From Candidatus Bathyarchaeota archaeon (lineage in GTDB: Archaea; Thermoproteota; Bathyarchaeia; Bathyarchaeales; Bathycorpusculaceae): 64,000 nt of DNA. Location of the stretch: NCBI GenBank assembly GCA_963775465.1, contig CAVZIW010000001.1, positions 160,001-224,000 on the forward strand, read 5' to 3'. Position 1 is the stretch's first letter. The number at the start of each line of letters is the position of its first letter. Position numbers and translations under genes: made by a program. The notes under the pieces are model-generated. The model worked only from the letters and a program-made list of their open reading frames with translations, did no database searches and was not told where the DNA came from. Positions 60,458 through 64,000 of this stretch are shown one piece after another.

Positions 60458-60955
60458 AAATAGAACTCCCTCTTAATTTCACCATTAGAACACAAAATAA
60501 GATATAAGTATTATTTAGAAAGCGCCGAATTTTGCTGCTCCATAATGTTTCTTATGGAAGCCTGCAAGGTTGCCAGATTTTTAACCAACAGAGCAATCAC
60601 TTCTACAGAAACTCAAAGACGGAAAATCAAAGATATGGACTTCTTAGAGAAAATCGGAATTCGTGTACATTGGAAGGATAAGAAAAACACATCTGCAAAC
60701 TTGAAACTCTTCGTAATGTTAATCTAAGGAAACATTTTGCAGCTACAAAGCTCTAAAAACTGCCTTTATCTCCATGGAAGGTTGGTAACAACAACAAGAA
60801 TTTTTTAGGTGTTGTTGTTTTAGCAGACAAACAATCTTTTCTGTGGCTACCGTATGTTGCAGTCCTCAATTATTTAGTAATCCGTAAAAACTTATTCTAT
60901 CTGAGGCACCGACTTAAATTAGAGAATTTGTCACAATTAACCATAGGGTTGAAAG

Positions 60956-61603
60956 ATGGATAAACAGAACATAACCTCAAGTGAGTGGCTAACAACAGAA
61001 CATGCTTTTGCGTACTTAGCAAGAGAAGACAAACTGCCACATCGAACAGAAGGAGAAAAAGTACTACTTGAACAAATACCCACAAACGCAAGAAGGGTAC
61101 TTGATTTAGGAACTGGCAATGGAAGGTTGCTTGCCTTGATTAAAACACAAAATCCAACAATTGAGGGTTTTGCCCTAGACTTCTCTGAGCCCATGCTAAA
61201 TCAAGCCAAAAAACGCTTCGCAGACGACAAAAAAGTAACCATCATCAAGCATGACTTTAGCATTCCATTACCCATCAAACTAGGAAATTTTGACGCAATC
61301 GTCTCAAGTTTAGCTATCCACCATTTAACTGATATAAGTAAAAAACAGCTCTACCAAGAAATATTCAACTTCTTAAACCCCAAAGGTGTATTCTGCAACT
61401 TAGAACACGTCTCTTCACCAACCCAAAATCTTCATCTAAAGTTTCTAGCAGCCACAGGTCTTACCCCCGAAACTGAAGACCCATCAAACAAACTCTTAGA
61501 TGTAGAAACACAACTCAAATGGCTAAAAGAAATCGGATTTAAAGATGTAGATTGCTACTGGAAATGGCTAGAAATTGCACTACTAATCGGGGTTAAACCC
61601 TAA
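60956..61603 (+). CDS. Class I SAM-dependent methyltransferase
   Basis: VLDLGTGNG, DFSEPML, FDAIVSSLAIHH, LNPKG. Confidence 0.9.
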   Translation: MDKQNITSSEWLTTEHAFAYLAREDKLPHRTEGEKVLLEQIPTNARRVLDLGTGNGRLLALIKTQNPTIEGFALDFSEPMLNQAKKRFADDKKVTIIKHDFSIPLPIKLGNFDAIVSSLAIHHLTDISKKQLYQEIFNFLNPKGVFCNLEHVSSPTQNLHLKFLAATGLTPETEDPSNKLLDVETQLKWLKEIGFKDVDCYWKWLEIALLIGVKP

Positions 61604-61690
61604 TTACTGATGCTTAACAAGGCTTAAGCAAGTAATAGAAACATATTAATATCAATTGGTCTAACAAAATGGGTAGGAGTTTTAACAAAA

Positions 61691-62194
61691 ATGTCAACAC
61701 AAATCGAGCAGATAGACTGGACACATTGGATCTACCGCTTAATCGCATACATAATCGACAGCATCATCATCGCAATCCCCACATACATAATATGGTTCAT
61801 AATAACCCTAGCCCTAGTTTTCAGCCCCCTATCCTTCTTCTCAATCTACGGACTTGCCTTAGTATTTCCATTCATATTTGGAATTATTCAATTACTATAC
61901 TTTTCTCTCTTAGACGTCAATTGGGGCGCAACAATAGGCAAAAGAATCTTAGGCTTGCAAGTACAAATGGTCAACGGTGGGAAAGTACCATTTGGCAAAG
62001 CACTTATTCGCAACATAAGCAAAATCTACTGGATCTTTCTAGTACTTGACTGGCTAATAGGAATAATAACCACTGGAGACAAACGTCAAAAATTCACCGA
62101 CCGCTATGCTGGAACAACTGTCATCCAAGTAAAACAAGCATTTGCATCAGCAACAACAACAGCTCCGCCACCGCCACCGCCTCCACCAACATAA
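61691..62194 (+). CDS. RDD family membrane protein with poly-Pro tail
   Basis: RLIAYIID, GATIGKRILGLQV, ALIRN, Q...D..AGT.V. Confidence 0.9.
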   Translation: MSTQIEQIDWTHWIYRLIAYIIDSIIIAIPTYIIWFIITLALVFSPLSFFSIYGLALVFPFIFGIIQLLYFSLLDVNWGATIGKRILGLQVQMVNGGKVPFGKALIRNISKIYWIFLVLDWLIGIITTGDKRQKFTDRYAGTTVIQVKQAFASATTTAPPPPPPPPT

Positions 62195-62231
62195 AAACAC
62201 TCTTTTTCTTTTTTTGTAAAAACTAAAAGGT

Positions 62232-62576
62232 CTAATGAGACTTTTCGAGTTCTTCAACCCAACTTAAAAATTGCGACACTGGCAAGCCTCTCCCAAGTCG
62301 CCCATCAAGTCGACTGTTAACTTTGCCTTCTTCAAATACAATGACAGTTGGCACCGCTACAACACTGTAATCATCCCACAAAGGATTATCATAATCATCC
62401 AAAAGAACATGAAGTATTTTTTTAAACCCCAAATTCACTGCTTTCTCATCAAAAACCTGAACAAACCCTCGGCAATAAGGGCACCAAGTCGCATAAAACA
62501 AAGCAAGAATCTTTTTATTTTTCTTCAATTCCAAATCAAGATCAGCTTTAGTATAAACTTTTAACATAGTGCTCAT
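62232..62576 (-). CDS. Thioredoxin family protein
   Basis: FYATWCPYC, VPT. Confidence 0.85.
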   Translation of the reverse strand: MSTMLKVYTKADLDLELKKNKKILALFYATWCPYCRGFVQVFDEKAVNLGFKKILHVLLDDYDNPLWDDYSVVAVPTVIVFEEGKVNSRLDGRLGRGLPVSQFLSWVEELEKSH

Positions 62577-62691
62577 TTAAAAAATGTTTAAGGATTTCAT
62601 AAACATGCCGTTTTCTCTCTTTAAAATAAACTTGCCAAATTTGAGCAACAACTAAAATAACCCAACCAACAATTCTAAACCAGAAAAAATA

Positions 62692-63411
62692 ATGAAACAA
62701 AAAAATTACAGACGTGGTTACCCAGTCGCCATACTAATCGGAACCGAACAAGATCACGCCTCATTGTGGCAAGTTTTTAGTCAAGTCGCCAAACATCAAC
62801 AAACCATACATCTAAACGGCGACAGAAAAGATAAAAAAACACTCTACAACTACCATGAAACAATCATAAACGCCTTAAGACCGACCATCAAAGAGGGAGT
62901 GAGAAGTATAATAGTCTCTGCCCCATCCAGGACAAGCTATGCGCAAGACCTCCTAACTCATATCTCCGCACATCATTCTTGGCTTCTACAAGGACAAAAC
63001 AAAGCATCCTTCGCCCAAATCATCGGCTCTGCAGATACGCCTCCACAAGTGTCAGAACTGACAAAAACAGCCGTTTTCGAACAGAAAATCCAAGAAAACG
63101 CTGAAGAAGAAACAGAGAACCTCCTTGAAATCATAGAAAAACGACTAAACACATCAGATAATTTAGTACTTTTCTCTTTAGAAGAAGCTGAAAAAACCAT
63201 TTTTGAAAAACAAACCGTTGGAAAGCCCCAGCCGGATTACATCTTGATGACAGACAATTACCTTTCAAATAGCCGACAAAAAAAACGGTTAAACAGACTA
63301 ATTCAGATTGCCCAAAACAAGAAAATTAAAGTAAGAGTAATTAATGCAGAATCAAACGCTGGGCTAAGGCTTACTCAGTTGGGTGGACTAATTTGTTTAA
63401 TGAAAATTTAA
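62692..63411 (+). CDS. Pelota/eRF1 domain 2-3-like protein lacking the N-terminal domain
   Basis: IIVSAP, E..LLE.I...L.....V..S..E, L.TD, L...A......V.VI..E..AG..L.QLGG...L resembles the pelota C-terminal two-thirds. Confidence 0.6.
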   Translation: MKQKNYRRGYPVAILIGTEQDHASLWQVFSQVAKHQQTIHLNGDRKDKKTLYNYHETIINALRPTIKEGVRSIIVSAPSRTSYAQDLLTHISAHHSWLLQGQNKASFAQIIGSADTPPQVSELTKTAVFEQKIQENAEEETENLLEIIEKRLNTSDNLVLFSLEEAEKTIFEKQTVGKPQPDYILMTDNYLSNSRQKKRLNRLIQIAQNKKIKVRVINAESNAGLRLTQLGGLICLMKI

Positions 63412-64000
63412 AGAAAACCTTCAGCTTTTAATTGTCGAGTTGTAATTTTTCCAGTATGTAGAGCTGTAGCAATCAAAGCTCCTGAAACGCCAAGATTTTC
63501 TAACTCCACTAAATCGTGGATATCTCGTACTCCACCACCAACATAAACTTTAAAATTAAAAGTCTCGAGCACTTGTTTAAGAAAAGCAGTGTCAACACCC
63601 TCACCGGTACCAACTTTAGCCAAATCCAAAACAATAACCTCTGAAACACCCATAGCCTCGAATTCCCCAAGAAGACACATAACATCAGTGCATCCGTCAT
63701 AGCCCGATTGAACAAGAACCTTATCTCCCCTCAAATCTAAACTAATAACCACACGGTTCTTTCCAAAATGCCTAATTGCTTCAGCAACAAACTCTTTCTT
63801 TGTCAATGTCTCGGTTCCAATGATAAGTTTTGATACACCATTATCAAGCAATTTCTCTGCCCGCTCCAAACTCGTTACCCCTGCATCGACTATCAACTCA
63901 AGGCCAGTCGCATCGAAAATTCGAGTCAAAAGTTGAAAACTCATAGAGCACTCAATTATCGCATCTAAATCAGCTATGTAGAGCGCTCCAAAACCGTGGT
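63408..64000 (-). CDS. HisA/HisF-related TIM-barrel protein (C1-transfer associated), 5' end beyond window
   Basis: LYIADLDAI, VDAG, IIGTETL, SLDL, LDL.KVGT, GGGVR, ATALH. Confidence 0.82.
   Translation of the reverse strand, partial: HGFGALYIADLDAIIECSMSFQLLTRIFDATGLELIVDAGVTSLERAEKLLDNGVSKLIIGTETLTKKEFVAEAIRHFGKNRVVISLDLRGDKVLVQSGYDGCTDVMCLLGEFEAMGVSEVIVLDLAKVGTGEGVDTAFLKQVLETFNFKVYVGGGVRDIHDLVELENLGVSGALIATALHTGKITTRQLKAEGFL

Noticed and set aside
62164-62188. CCG/CCA trinucleotide repeat
   Set aside because: Encodes the poly-Pro tail of the RDD protein with mixed codons
528-63715. Numerous 60-130 aa ORFs antisense to or nested in recognised genes
   Set aside because: Shadow frames of well-supported genes

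Overview
AT-rich archaeal chromosomal segment, most consistent with Bathyarchaeia. This is an inference from gene content: eL38, an eL22-like protein, a Cren7-like protein, TFS, Tsr3, TrmI, methanofuran genes and expanded secreted PQQ-like beta-propeller proteins. It contains purine/NAD salvage and RNA-modification genes and a partly decayed accessory block (about 17.9-30.8 kb) carrying eno-pyk remnant-gpmA, a P-type H+-ATPase, GH15 and a sugar porter; the block ends exactly at the 3' end of tRNA-Val(CAC). tRNA-Phe(GAA) is followed by two degenerate copies of its own 3' end. A methanofuran cluster (mfnBADFE) sits divergently from a six-gene operon, the most interesting system here. That operon joins a DsbD-like membrane protein and a NapH-like membrane polyferredoxin to a single double-cubane-type reductase, a BzdP/BzdQ-like heterodimeric ATPase and a BzdM-like ferredoxin. 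Non-coding signals include a four-copy ~28-bp motif arranged as two inverted pairs, a box C/D sRNA whose guide matches 23S helix 69, and two long promoter-proximal hairpins. All calls rest on motif recognition by eye; no searches were run.
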